64,000 bases of DNA from positions 111,290,001 through 111,354,000 of the forward strand of contig NC_135881.1 of NCBI RefSeq assembly GCF_964194155.1, read 5' to 3'. Position numbers and translations under genes: made by a program. Shown here one piece after another: positions 48,884 through 62,200 of the stretch. Within the stretch, counting starts at the first letter, position 1. Every line of letters begins with the position of its first letter. The notes beneath the pieces were generated by a model. That model had not been told where the DNA came from and ran no database searches. It was given only the letters and a program-made list of their open reading frames with translations. This DNA comes from Cetorhinus maximus. Its lineage: Eukaryota.

Positions 48884-51800
48884 GGCCCTAAAATTCAGCT
48901 CTGCTGAGCCATATTTTCAGCACTATGCATGTTAGACCTCATGTCTGACCCACGCTGGATGCCATTTTGACATGGGCATTTTAGGATGGTATTAGAAACA
49001 TGCGCCCAAGATATGCAGAGTAGGCATATCGTGATGTTCGTCAGCATATAATGCTGATTTGGCACCAGTGCTGCCATTTTCACCCCTTCAGCTAAAAGCC
49101 TCTCTTAACCTCACATAGCTGAACAAGCACTCAGTAGCAAGGAGCTCCTGCCACCTGGTGTTGCAGGTCACAAAGGCCTTGGTTGTCGCTTCAAAGGCTC
49201 TGCTCACACCACCCCCTGATCCTGCAACATGACAGGCAGAATGAACAGAGACAACATAGAGCTCCAGCTGCTTGGACAGGGAGGAAGAGGAGGGCGAGAT
49301 GGACTCTCAGCAGGAGGTCTTATCCACTCAGGGTCCTTCAGGCAGCACTTGCCTTACCACAACCTCACTGATTAACAGTGTGAGCAAAATTTTCATTTTC
49401 TGAAGGAGGCGCTCATTGAATTTTGCCACCATTTTCAGGCAGACCTGCAGCCTCAGACCCAGATGAGGATGGCACTGCCAGTGGCTGTGAAGGTAACTGT
49501 GAACTTCTTTGCATTCAAATTGATCCAGGCTGAAGCAGGCAACATCTTTAACATCTTCTAGTTCTCTGTTCAATGCTGTACAATAGAGGTGAACAATGCT
49601 CTTTATGCCAGGAGAGGGGAGTACATACATTGGCCAGAATTTTTCGCCACTGTTGGCATCAGGCGTCATGGTGGGCATGAGCAGACAGGTGAGAAGGCCA
49701 AAAATCAGTTTTACGCTGTCATGAATGCAGTTTGTGATTGTCTGCTCTGCCCATCAATGGCAAGCCACCTTCCCCGCCATCGACCATCTCACCACCTTGC
49801 CTGCTCACCAGAATCAGCCCCCACGTCAAATTTACTCCCCGGCGGGAACATGAGCACGTCTGGACAATGCGACATGCAGAAGTCAGGACTGACCGTTAGC
49901 ATCTTGCTCAGATCGCAGACATCCGAGCAGCAGAAGATGCTGGAGCCCTACAGCTTCTGGAACCTGAGGAACGCGTGCATCGCATGCTGTGTGGATTCTC
50001 ATGGGCATGGCTCCGCCACGAAGCAGGTCACGGAAGGTGGGAGGTCTCTATTGATGCTTCCAGCCTACTTCGAGACATCATGGTCTTGGCCAAGGGCTGC
50101 CATGGATGATCGGCGGTGGGGGTGGGTGGTGGGGGAGGTGCGGTGGGGGTGGAGGGGGGAGGTGGTGGGGTGGTAGTGGGGGGTGAGGAGAGAAAGGTGA
50201 ACCGGCGGGAGTGGGAGATGACGATCTAGGTTTGATTGGGAAAGAAAGAGAGGAAGGTGTGCTGGGGTTGGGGGGTGGTGGTGGGAGTGGGTGAGGTTTG
50301 GAGGGGGGAAATGAAAGTGTTGGAGGTGGGCAGGGAGTACAGGGAGAGAGGAGCTTGAAACGGGGGAGAATGCAGCAACTGGGGAGGTAGGTGTAAGGGG
50401 GGAGGAAGGTGTAAGGGGAGTAATTGAGAGGGGGAAAGGAGTTCAGAGGGAGGAATGACTTTGGGGGGAAGAAGGAGTTCAGGGGGAAGAAGGATTTTGG
50501 AGGGGGGATGGATTCCAGGTGGAGGAAGGAATCCGGGAGGCAGGGAGGGAGTAAGGGTGGAGGAGACAGTAAGGGGAGGCTGTCCAGAACGTGCAAGGGA
50601 AGGATCTGTGGAGTCAATGACCGCCTCCTGGGGAGCGAACTGAGGGTGGGCATGGTAGGAGGGAATGGTGAGTGTGAGAGTGTGATCCTCTAGCAGAGTG
50701 AGCTGGAAGGGATGCAGGGTGTGGGTCTGACAGGAGCGGTAGAAGGGACAGTGGGAGTGGTTGGTGGGGACTCAGAGGCAGACACAGACTCAGGGGAGGG
50801 AAGGAGGAGATCAGGGAGGTCAATGTGGATGGGGGTGGGATTCCCAGGAAGGTAGGGAATGAGCATGTTCACCTGTACATCCTAGAAAGAGAAGGGTTCG
50901 GGTTGGTAGGTGACCATAGGGAGGTGGAATGTGATGCCAGGGTGTCAACAGTGATGGGGAAAGGACAGGGGAGTTGAGCAAAAATCTGACCCTGACCGTG
51001 TTTTTGAAATCAAAAGTGGGAGGGGGCTTGTGTTGGACGGGAACAGGTGCTGCATGGGAGTGTGATCAGTGGGTGGATGGAGATGCAGCTCAGCTCAGAT
51101 GGACAACTGAAAGAGAACCCCAGCAGGCGGCATTGAAAATGCTCGGGACATTGAGATGAGTGTGATGGAGGAAGGCTCTGTATGCATAGGAGGATGCTTG
51201 TATGAGGCTCCAAAAGGCCCTGCCACACACACACACACTTATCCTTCCAGAATCACTCGGAACATTGCAGTAACTCACCCCTGGCTACCGTGATCATCAC
51301 AGGTCTGTGTGGACCTCTACATTCTGCTGGACGAGGGTCTCCATGGCATCTGCCATCCTTCCCATGGAGACCTCCATACACGCACACGTGGGAACCACTT
51401 CACCAGAGAGCAGGCGGACACACTCCTTCAACCCGCGTGCCACTTTGTTGAGGGCTTCCAACAGCTCTGCATGATGTTCCCAAACTTTCTGCTGAATTTC
51501 CGCAATGAGTTGGAAATCCAAATCCAGAGGCTCATCATCTGACTTGGACCTCACAGATGCCTCTTCCCCAGCAGTCCTCTGAGTGCTGGGGAACTTGGCT
51601 GAACATGCCTCCTCCTGCTGTGGACACATATCCATGTGGTGACCACCAGATTGTGAACCCAAGCCTGCTCTAGACCTAGGCCCCACCGAGGTGTGTGTCT
51701 CTGTGCTGGTGGAGGGTGTGGGTAAGCGCTGTGATGGGTCTTGCAGGCTGCTTATTTCCAGCTCTTCAACAGAGGAGGTGTCCTCTTGGCTGGAGGTCAG

Positions 51801-54723
51801 GACCTGTATGGAGCTGAGGGACTGGCTGGCTGAGGGTGTTGGTCGGTTGGCAGAAATGCCTTGAACCAAAGTAGAGATAATTAGTGCATGGCAGCAGAGT
51901 CAAAAGCAGGAGAGAGAGCACTCACAGTTGCGTTGAGAGAGGGATGACGTGGTGCAGGATCCTTACATGTGTGTTTGCAGCTGACCTCACCGTTGCCACA
52001 GTCATGGTTCATATCCTCACCAGGCAGCGTGATGGCACGCTCCTCAAAGTGATTGAGCGGTCTATTGTGGGCCACTCCACCCCCAGTCTGGAACCTCTCC
52101 CTACTATGCGAACAAGCTTCTCTTGCATGAAAACAGATAGCGAGATTGTGAGCAGGGCACATAGCACTGTGTGGAATGTTTGTGTGGTGAGCAGAGACCT
52201 GAACGGAATGAGGACACTAGCTCCAGAGGATATGAGCCTGATGGAGATGTGAGGGTGATTATGAGAGTTAATGGTGTTGTCCCTTGAGGTGTGAGATCCC
52301 TGTGGATTTGTGATGGGTTTGTGAGTGTTTGAGTTAAGAGAGTGATAAGAAGAGTTGATTAACCTGGCGGAATGGATGGCTGTCCTCTTTTGCGGACGTT
52401 GGTGCCACTGCCGCCCAGCTGGATTGGTGACCTTGCTTGCTGGTCTTGCCCCGAGCGGGGGTAGAGGACTTTGCGGTGGGCCTCCACTGTATCCAGTAGG
52501 CATTCCAGGGAGGCAGCATGTTTCATCCCTTTGGCAGCCATCAGTTCCCAGTAGCTTCCTGTCTCTTGAATAATGCTAGCTCTGTGCAGAGGTGGTCTTT
52601 AAATCTGCTTCCCAGTTTACTGAAAGCCTGAGGGGATGGCAGGGCGGTCGAAACAGAGGCCGCCCCTGCTAACAGCCTGGTGTGTTTCCCCAGAATGCAT
52701 TATTAATGAGGCGGGACATGCCGGGAAGGGAAAGACCCGGCATGAAAAGCCACCATTGAGACTGGTGGATAAAACATTGTCTTCCCTGCCCATTATCCCA
52801 CCTAATGAAAATCTGCGATGATTCCACCCATTGTCTCTGGCTAGAAGGAAGCAAGTTGAGAGTGTATGTCAAGATAGTGGGATATCCTATATCGCAAGGT
52901 GCCATTGACTGCATATACATTGCTATGAGTGTGCTGCATCCAAATGCAAAGATGTACCACAAATACAAAGGATTCCACTCCCTGAATGTGCAGTTGGTTG
53001 GTGAACATGCTCAGCACATTTTTGCAGATGGATGCCTGGTGTCCTTGCAGCATTCATGCCACCTTTATTCTGTGCCAGTCCACTACAGTATTTGAGCTAC
53101 CAGCATCAAACCAGCAGCTGGGCGGCAAGTGCAACCTGCTGACATGATCTATGACTCTGGTGCACAACCCATGCACAGGTGGCTAGCTTGCATATGATGA
53201 AAGCCAGGCTGCCACAAGAAACATCTTAAAACAAACCAAACATTGGTCTCAAGCAATGCTTCCACTGAATGGCCTGCTCTGGAGAAGTATGTGTCACAAT
53301 TCATTATGGTTTGCTGTATGCTGCAGAACCTCGTCATCAAGAAAGCACATCATTTGCCACAGGGTATATGGCAAACTGCTGAGGAGGAAGAAAAGGAGGA
53401 AGGGAGGAAGCAATCATCGCATCCTCTTTCAGACTGTGCTGTACATGATTTATGCATCCAAACATGGTACCAGTGAACACAACCCCAATTCCCCTTCTAC
53501 AGCAGCCTTGCAGCTTCCCTTGCCTCTGTTACTGACCTCTTGGCCACAATGTTGAAATAAGAGTCATCACAAAGCAACCATTATAATTTGATGGTAACAA
53601 AGAAATCATCCAATATGTCACATGGGTGTTAACTAATCACCCTCCAGCACTCCCTTAATGCCCATCTCTATACTACCTTCTAAAGTACACAGGGTGCCAG
53701 TATCTGAGCTGGTGGCTGCAAGTATGAGATTGAGTGATGGCGTTTCTTCATCACCATGTGACTCTCCTGCGCCAGTCCAGGTTGCAGTTACTGGCTGTCT
53801 TAAAGGAGGAAGGCACATGGATAGGATTGCTGTCAGGTTTTGGAGCAGGAGAAAGCAAGAGTTAGATGCTTGTAGTTTCAGTATCCTGTACCTCAGAAGA
53901 GATTGTACAATATGAGGAAATGAGATGTGAGAAGGAGGATAAGGTATGAACATACCATCATCTCCTATGGCTTCAGCCCGGCTGCTGGCCACAGCCTCTA
54001 TCATGGCCACTCCAATGACAGTGAGTAAAATCTCCTCCATCAGGGTGAGGACATACAGACGTACCTTCACCATTAGTTAGGCACTGCTTCTTCCAGCTGT
54101 GTGCCAACCTGTCCTGCAAGAGAGAGGAAAGTGTATCAGTGAGTATGGTGCAATGTGTTTGGCTGATGTGCCAGTCACAGTTGAATAGTGTATACGCCAG
54201 CTGTGAGATGTGAGTGTGATGTCTGCAGCACTGCTAAGTGTATGAGGATGAGGTGAAGCTATGAATGTAATGAGTCACCTGACCCCCTGTGGATAAAGGG
54301 CTTCCCTCCACCTATCCACTTCTTGCACAAAAGCCTCCAATGCTACAACTGAGAACCTTGGAGCCTGCTCTCTGACCTGTTATTTCATTAGTCAAAGTTC
54401 TTCCTGCTCAAACTATCTTTCCTAATCACTTCCAGAACAGAATGCTCCAGTCAGAATGCACCTCCCCTTTAAGCAATGCCAGCTAGCTTTAAGTGGTGCC
54501 AGTCTTATATAAACTTTGTTGGCTCCTGAGGTGTGCAGCCACTCAACAACACATTTAACACAGCACTGCACACTGCTATTGCTTAAATAAGCAGGCAGCA
54601 CACTAATATTGTTTAAATTAGCATCCAACACAAAGTTTTTGTGCTGCCTGCATTGGAAGGAATGGGCTCAGGTCTATCATGCATCATGATCCCCTTGTTT
54701 TCTGGACTTATCCAATTTTTCTC
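48884..54723. mobile_element. Old two-gene Harbinger: split transposase (+, about 49180-49631 and 52830-53476) and Myb gene (-, about 53633-54400)
   Basis: ALPVAVKVT...ALYARRGEYI before the insertion, then GYPISQGAIDCIYIA...KGFHSLNVQLV...IMVCCMLQNL after it. Confidence 0.85.
49632..52829. mobile_element. Myb-only Harbinger element nested in a transposase gene
   Basis: Ends GGCCAGAATT / ATTCCACCC; perfect ATT TSD. Myb peptides LLDTVEAHRKVLYPRSG and QTGGG on the minus strand. Colinear with 1-3703. Confidence 0.9.
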
Positions 54724-57334
54724 ATAGCTATTTACAATGAGGAACTGAAGATACAAGGTTAAATGCAAGAAATTTAGAAACAATTACAACAGAAAGTTCT
54801 TTGCACTGTGGGGTCACTTTAATTTTGGGTGATAGTGCAAAATGGCGATATCGGATCAGTCAATGGCAAGGCAATGAATATCAGGAGAGATGTATCATGG
54901 ATGGCTGGCCTGGTTTGCTCATTTCACACTACAGTCCAAAGTCAAACCTAACAGCAGAGAATCTTGAAGCTTAAGAATTCACTTGTAGAGATAGTGGATC
55001 AAGCAGAAAATATGTCAACATTCAAAATTAGGCTGATGATAGTGAAGGGTACACTGGGATGCGGGAGGATAATGGGTGATTTTCTCTTGTAATGGGTGAA
55101 AGCAGAATGGATTTATCGGGTCAAGTGACCTTTTCTTTGTTATAACTTCGATATCTTTCCATGAAATTTTGAAGGTGGGGAACTGGGTACTCATACTCCT
55201 GTATCAGTGCTTGAGATGTTTTTTAGGAGATAAGTGGTGCTACCTTCCAAGTTTCATTCTTTCCTGGTGGGGAAGCTTTACTCTCTGTTTAGTGCCTTCT
55301 TCAGAGCTAGCAACTTGGCAGAGATATGGGTTACCTTCACCACCCCCAGCCCTGCCCATCATAGACAGATACTAACGTATGATCTGAGAAAGTAATTTTT
55401 GAAATGAATTACAAATACACATAAGGATCACACATGTTCTACTTTGGGATGGCATGTATACACTAAAAATGTTTATATACAGTAGATTTCATGCCAGGCT
55501 CAGTGTATTTCTGTGAAGCCATAATGCTGAGAAAGAAATGATTGCTCTTATGTCATTAGCTTGTGGTTTTATGTGGCACATACAAAGTTCGGCGAAAAAC
55601 TGTTTACCCTCAACTTCCCTTGAACAAACAACATCTAGAACTAGGGCACCATAAATAGCATTACAGTAGCACCACATACTCTCCAACTTTGGAGAGGCTG
55701 AATAAGAGAATGTCGGACCAAACTATACATTGCATGAGAACTGTGAAGTTAGCATAACAAAGTTATCGCACTGAATCCCACCTTTTGCATTGCTTAGTAA
55801 GCAGAGTGCTTTACTCAAAAAAAGCATTGTACACTAATGATTTAATGTGCGTAGCCTTAAAGCAGAGAAAAAAAACTCCACATTGAGATTAAACTGGACA
55901 TGAAATAGCCTTACCAGATTGATGTATTCAGAAACACATTCCTGAGCCAAATATATGAATAACTGACCTTTCTTAATTACATTAATTCTTAACTAGGTTT
56001 AAAAAGGAACAGAAAATTTTAGTCAAATTCTGTAGTTATTTGTTAAATTTAGCTAACAAACACTCTGGGGCAATCACAATTAAATTGATACAGTAAATTA
56101 CATCTTATGGTTTTGTACTGAGATAATTAGATTTATTGCCAATTTAAACCAAATAAATTGAAAAATCCCACTGGATTACTGACTTTCCCTCCTAATGAAG
56201 TCTGTCATCATTCTTTAGACTATGCGACTCCTCCTGTAGGTTATAGGTCAGGAAACAAAGCATACTACTACAACACACAGAATTCATGAAGCACATTCAT
56301 CATAAGCAGACTAACAGTGCTGGTAAGTGTTTCACTACAACTTCTTCCAAACTGGAAAATCTTGTAAATAAATCATCTTCTACCAGAACAGCCATAACAT
56401 CATACAGTTCCTCCTTTCTACTTTGTAAAATGAACAGTGAATGAAAGGTATTTTAAGATGTTTTATTATTACTGTCTTTTCAACAATATGGTTATTTTAT
56501 GTCACCTATTATTCAACATTTTCCCAGCATCAAAATTTGAATTTCTGAGAAAATGTTTTACAGGGTTTGATAGCAAAAAGCATAGAGCATTAACAAAGTG
56601 TTGGATCTTTTTTCTGTTCCAATTTTCTTACCTCTTCTCTTGACCATACTGAATAATGTGAAGAATCATGGTGCTCCAGTGTGCAACATTCTGCTCTTCA
56701 ACAACATCCCAGTAGCAACAGGTTTATAAAGAATTGAAGGGATCTCACCCTTTGTCTGAATTTCTTTCTAGAAAATTGACATGGTCAGAATTTTTCGTGG
56801 TGAATGGAGGCTGGAGGGAATAAAATCATCAAATTAAGTAATGAAACATTTTATGTATTGACACTGCATACAATTTGAACATTCCCAGAAATGTTTGGAT
56901 TAGACAAAACTCAAATTTTATGAAGTATATTTTTTATATAAACAAGATTCACAAATGAATTGTACTTGGGAACAGACGCATTATTTCTATTCATGTATGA
57001 GGGTCATAACAAAATTAAAAGTCACATCTTCCAACTATAAAGGCTGAAAAGTTCACAGGGGTCCCCTATTTTCATGAAAATGAAGGCCATTGCAGGACTG
57101 ACTAAAGGTCAGAGGGCATGAATTTTCAGTTCCATCTGTTCAGCCCTCTGCTGCAGCTGCAATGAGGGACCCCATCCTAAATATTCTCGTTATGGTCTTA
57201 CAGGCCATTGATAATATGATGGATGTGAAGATTCGATTTTTTTCTTTAAAAAAATTGTAATTACAAGGGTAGAGATATCTATTTTTTTTAAAACAAAATT
57301 GTGAAGCTCTGGAACAAAATTATGCTTAATGTTT

Positions 57335-57383
57335 CTATTTGAAGCCTGTGTTCTTTGCAGCTTGCTCATGCAGCACATCATAC
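57335..57383 (-). CDS. Candidate terminal coding exon of an unidentified host gene (YDVLHEQAAKNTGFK*)
   Basis: CTTTCAG|G acceptor, 15 codons and TAG, followed by about 2 kb of apparently repeat-free AT-rich sequence with minus-strand AATAAA at 56462 and 56132. No homologue recognised. Confidence 0.3.
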
Positions 57384-57449
57384 CTGAAAGTGATTCTCAA
57401 CAATTTTTATAATTGACTCCACCAAAATATTCCCATTTTCTCACACTTT

Positions 57450-57930
57450 TCTGGGTAAGTCCAGGGTGGGAAAGTTTCACTCTAAATTCTGTTCTGACTC
57501 TTTCACTTTCCCTGGTGCATGCTTCTCTTAGCTTCCCTTTTGTATGTCTTTGTGTTTCACATCTCCTCCCTCACCTTCCATCTTTCATTTGTCTCAGTTC
57601 CTTTTTGTGTATTGCTCCCTTCACTGTCTTTTCTGTTCTGCCTCTTTTCCATCCCTTTTAACTTTCTTGCTCCTTTTCAGTGTGCCTCACTGACTATTTC
57701 ATCTCTCTGGTCTCTCTCGCTCTGATCCCTGCTGCCTGTTTATCACTTTCTTCCCTTCACTGTCCATCTCAATACCTTCCCTTCCATCTACCTCCTTTCA
57801 TTCTGTCCCCACTACCCCTTGTGTGTGCATATCTTGACCTGCTTAAGTCCCTTCTGTCTGTCTATCTCTCTCCGTTCACTTCCTTTACTTCTACTTTTGG
57901 CCCTCTCTCTCTTTCTCTCTCCACTGGCAT
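57450..57930. repeat. Pyrimidine-rich low-complexity tract
   Basis: Visibly C/T-rich sequence. Confidence 0.7.
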
Positions 57931-59292
57931 TTTGGTTGGGTATCTTCTAATGAGACAGATTGGGCAAGTTGGAGCTGAACTCCATATATGCTTCCAAATG
58001 CATCTGCACAGAGCATTGTAATTCCATGTTTTGCAGTGTTTTATTAGGCAAGGGAGTCAAGGATTATGCGGGGCAGACAGGAAAGTAGAGCTGAGACCAC
58101 AACCAGCCATGCTCGTATTGAATGGTGGAGTAGGCGCGAAGGGCAAAATGGCCTACTCCTGCTCCTACATTCCCATGTTCTCAGAACTGTGCTGTGGTAA
58201 AATCAATGGTTCAGTATAATTTCACTCCAGGTCATCAAGATGTTATTGGGAGTGGTATTAGGCAGTCATATCAGAGAGTAAGGTTTCTTCCCAGGACAGC
58301 AGCTTTACATATTATCAGGAAGTTATACCTCTGTAATTTTCAAATATGGGGCCGAATCGTCCCAGCTTTACATGAAGTGCGGTAGCAGGCGAGTAAAACA
58401 ATGTTTTTCCCGCCAGCTGCAATGGCGGCTTTTCACATCATATCATCCCAAACCCGCCGCATTAATTATGTATTCCCAGGAAACATGACGTTTCCAATGG
58501 CAGGCGGTCTCTCATTCGCCCACCACACCATCACCTTGCTGCTTCATCACGCCGGGCACCATATTTAAAGTCCAGCCACATGCACACCTCTCAGTGCTTC
58601 CAGCCCATGAGTGCTGCGAAGAAGACATGGCCCTGAAAGGCAAAAAGACTGCAGCCCCCCAGGTTCAATGACATGTCCCTCAAGCACCTTTTGGATGCAG
58701 TGGAGGCCCGCCGTGATGTCCTCTATCCCTGCTCTGGCTGCAGGATGGGCAGCAATATCACTAAACCAGCTGGGGAGGCGGTGTCAGTGGTGGTCAATGC
58801 CAACACCCTGCAAAAGGGGACAGTCACCCAGTGCTGCAAGAGGATGAATGATCTCCACTCCGCCGGGGTAAGTCACTCTTCTCATCACTCTCAACCCACA
58901 CACTCACAAACCTATCACACATCCACAGGGCCCTCACTCACTGCCAGTTCAAGGGACATCACCATTCACTCTCTCACACTCACCGTCATTGTCCTCATCC
59001 CGTCCATGGAACCATTCACCACCCACACTTGCCAGACGTACTCATCATCTGGCCTGGCAGTCATTCTGCTTACACTCGCTCTATTTCAATTCATACAGCA
59101 TAAGCTGGCACACAACAAGAGGAAGAGGTCGCAGACTGGAGGAGGAATGCCTGAAATCAAGGTCCTCACCGACTTTGAAAACAGCCATCCAGCTGGCTGG
59201 TGAGGATCTGGACCAGTCCTGTGCTGACGCTGAGGTTGGTGCTGCTCTACCAAGTGAGGGTCCAGCAGTGCAACATCCATCAGTCAATCATG

Positions 59293-62200
59293 GTTCGATG
59301 TGACTGCTATTACAGAGACATGGCTGTGGGGTGACCAAGGCTAGGAACTGAATATCCAATGGTATTCGATTTTTAGGAAGGACAGGAAAAAAAGGAGAAG
59401 GAGGTGGCATGGTATTGTTAGTTAAGGATGAAATCAGTGAAATAGCAAGAGAGGATATTGGCTTAGAAAATCTAGATGTAGAATCAGCCTGGGTGGAGCT
59501 AAGAAGCAATAAGGGGTGGAAAACATTAGTGCGAGTTGCCTGCAAATAGTAGTGGTAAGATAGAGGATGATATTAAACAGGAAATCAGAGATGCATGTAA
59601 CAAGAGTACTACAGTAATCATTTTAAAAAATTTATTCACAGGATGTGGGCTTTTATTGGCCATCCCTCAATTCACACCTCGTTATGTTTTAGGTATGCCT
59701 GGTGCTGCTCCTGGCATGCCCTCCTGTACTGTTCATTGAACCAGGGTTGATCCCCTAGCTTGATGGTAATGGTAGAGTGGGGGATATGCCAGGCCATGAG
59801 GTTACAGATTGTATTCGAGTGCAATTCCGCTGCTGCTGATGACCCACAGCGCCTCATGAATGCCCAGTCTTGAGTTGCTGGATCTGTTCAAAATCTATCC
59901 CATTTCGCATGGTAGTCATGTCACACGACACGATGGAGGGTATCCTCAATGTGAAGGCGGGACTTTGTCTCCACAATGACTGTGCAGTGGTCACTCCTAC
60001 CGATACTGTCATGGACAAATGCATCTGCGGCAGGCAGGTTGGTGAGGATGAGATCAAGTATGTTTTTCCTTCTTGTTGGTTCCCTCACCACCTGCCGCAG
60101 ATCCAATCTAGCAGCTATGTCATTTAGGACTCGGCCAGTTCGGTCAGTAATGGTGCTACCAAGCCACTCTTGATGATGGACATTCAAGTCCCCCACCCAG
60201 AGAAAACTCTGCACCCTTGCCACCCTCAGTGCTTCCTCCAAGTGATGTTCAACATGGGGGAGCACTGATTCATCAGCTGAGGGCAGTACATGGAAGTAAG
60301 CAGGAGGTTGTGTTTGACCTGATGCCATGAGACTTCGTGGGGTCCGGAGTCAATGGGCAACTCCCTCTCGACTGTATACAACTGTGCCGCCACCTCTGCT
60401 TGGTCTGTCCTGCTGGTGGGACAGGACATACCCACAGATGGTGATGGTGGAGTCAGGGACATTATCTATAAAGTATGATTCTGTGAGGATGACTATTGTC
60501 AGTCTGTTACTTGACTAGTCTGTGAGACGGCTCTCCCAATTTTGTTACTAGCCCCCAGATGTTAGTAAGGAGGACTTTGCAGGGTCGACAGGGCTGAGAT
60601 TGCCATTGTCGTTTCCAGAGCCTAAGTTGATGCTGGGTGGTCTGTCCAGTTTCATTCCTTTTTTATGTTTTTGTAGCTTGATAGGCCATTTCAGAAGGCA
60701 TTTAAGAATCAACCACATTGCTGTGGGTCTGGAGTCACATGTAGGCCAAACCAGGCAAGGATGACAAAATTTCCTTCCCTAAAGGACATTAGTGAACCAG
60801 ATGAGTTTTTATAACAGTCAACATGGTTTCATAGTCACCATTAGACTTTTAATCCCAGGTTTTTATTGAATTCAAATTCCACCATGGTGTGATTTGAACC
60901 CGGGACCCCACTGCATTCCCTTTAGTCTCCTGGATTACTAGTCCAGCAACAATACCACTACACCATTGCCTCCCTGAATTATGGGTGACTTTAATCTACA
61001 TATAGACTGGGCAAACCAAATTAGCAATAATACTGTGGAGGATGAATTCCTGGAGCATGTATGATATGTTTTTTTTAAACCAGTATGTTGAGGAATCAAC
61101 TAGGGAACAGGTTATCCTAGATTTGGATTTGTGCAATGAGAAGGGATTAATTAATAATCTTGTTGTGCGGGATCCTTTAGGGAACAGTGACCATAACATG
61201 ATAGAATTCTTCCTTAGGTTGGAAAGTGAAGTAGTCCAATCCGAAACTAGGGTCCTAAATTTAAACAAAGGAAACTATGAAGGTATGAGACATGAGTTGG
61301 CTAAGATAGATTTGGGAAATTCATTAAAAGGTATGATGGTGGATAGGCAATGGCTAACATTTAAGGAACAAATGTATGCATTGCAACAGTTATACATTCC
61401 TTTCTGGCACAAAAAGGAAAAGTGGCCCAAGCATGGCTAATAAAAGAAATTAAGGATAGTATTAGATCGAAAGGGGAATCATATAAAGTTGCTAGAAAAA
61501 GTAGCAAGCTTGAGGATTGGGAGCAGTTTAGAATTCAGCAAAGGAGGATGAAGAGATTTATTAAGAGGGGAAAAATAGAGTATGAGAGTAAACTTACAAG
61601 GAACATAAAACCACCATGCTAAATGGCATAGATTTCAAACAGATCTAGCAACTTAAGACTGGGAATCCATGAGGCGCTGTGGCCATCAGCAGCAGCAGAA
61701 TTGTACTCAACCATAATCTGTAACCTCATGGCCCAGCATAGCCCCCACTCTACCATAACCACCAAGCCAGAGTTTCAACAAACCTACTGGAGTTTTTTTG
61801 AGGATGTAACTAGCAGAATAGATAAGGGAGAAACAGTGGATTTGGTGTATTTGGATTTTCAAAAAGCTTTCGATAAAGTCCCACCTAAGAGGTTAGTGTG
61901 CAAAATTAAAGCACATGGGATTGGGGTAATATATTGGCATGGATTGAGAATTGGTTAGCAGACAGGGAACAGAGAGCAGGAATAAATGGGTCTTTTTCGG
62001 AATGGCAGGCGGCGACTAGTGGGGTACTACAGGTATCAGTGCTTGGGCCCCAGCTATTCACGCTAGATATCAATTATTTGGATGAGGGAACCAGATGTAA
62101 TATTTCTAAGTTTGTTGACAACACAAAACTAGGTGAGAATGTGAGTGCTGAGGAGGATGTTAAGAAGCATCAAGGCGATTTAGATAAGTTAAGTGTGTGG

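Noticed and set aside
50078-50693. Proline-rich 191-aa ORF
   Set aside because: It is the translation of the G-rich tract and is not preserved in the paralogue at 1-380.
57413-58021. Hydrophobic membrane-protein-like ORFs
   Set aside because: They are an artefact of a C/T-rich low-complexity tract.
60880-60976. Functional tRNA gene (also 43180-43260)
   Set aside because: The A/B boxes belong to a degenerate SINE-type head contiguous with the SINE core, and there is no convincing cloverleaf.
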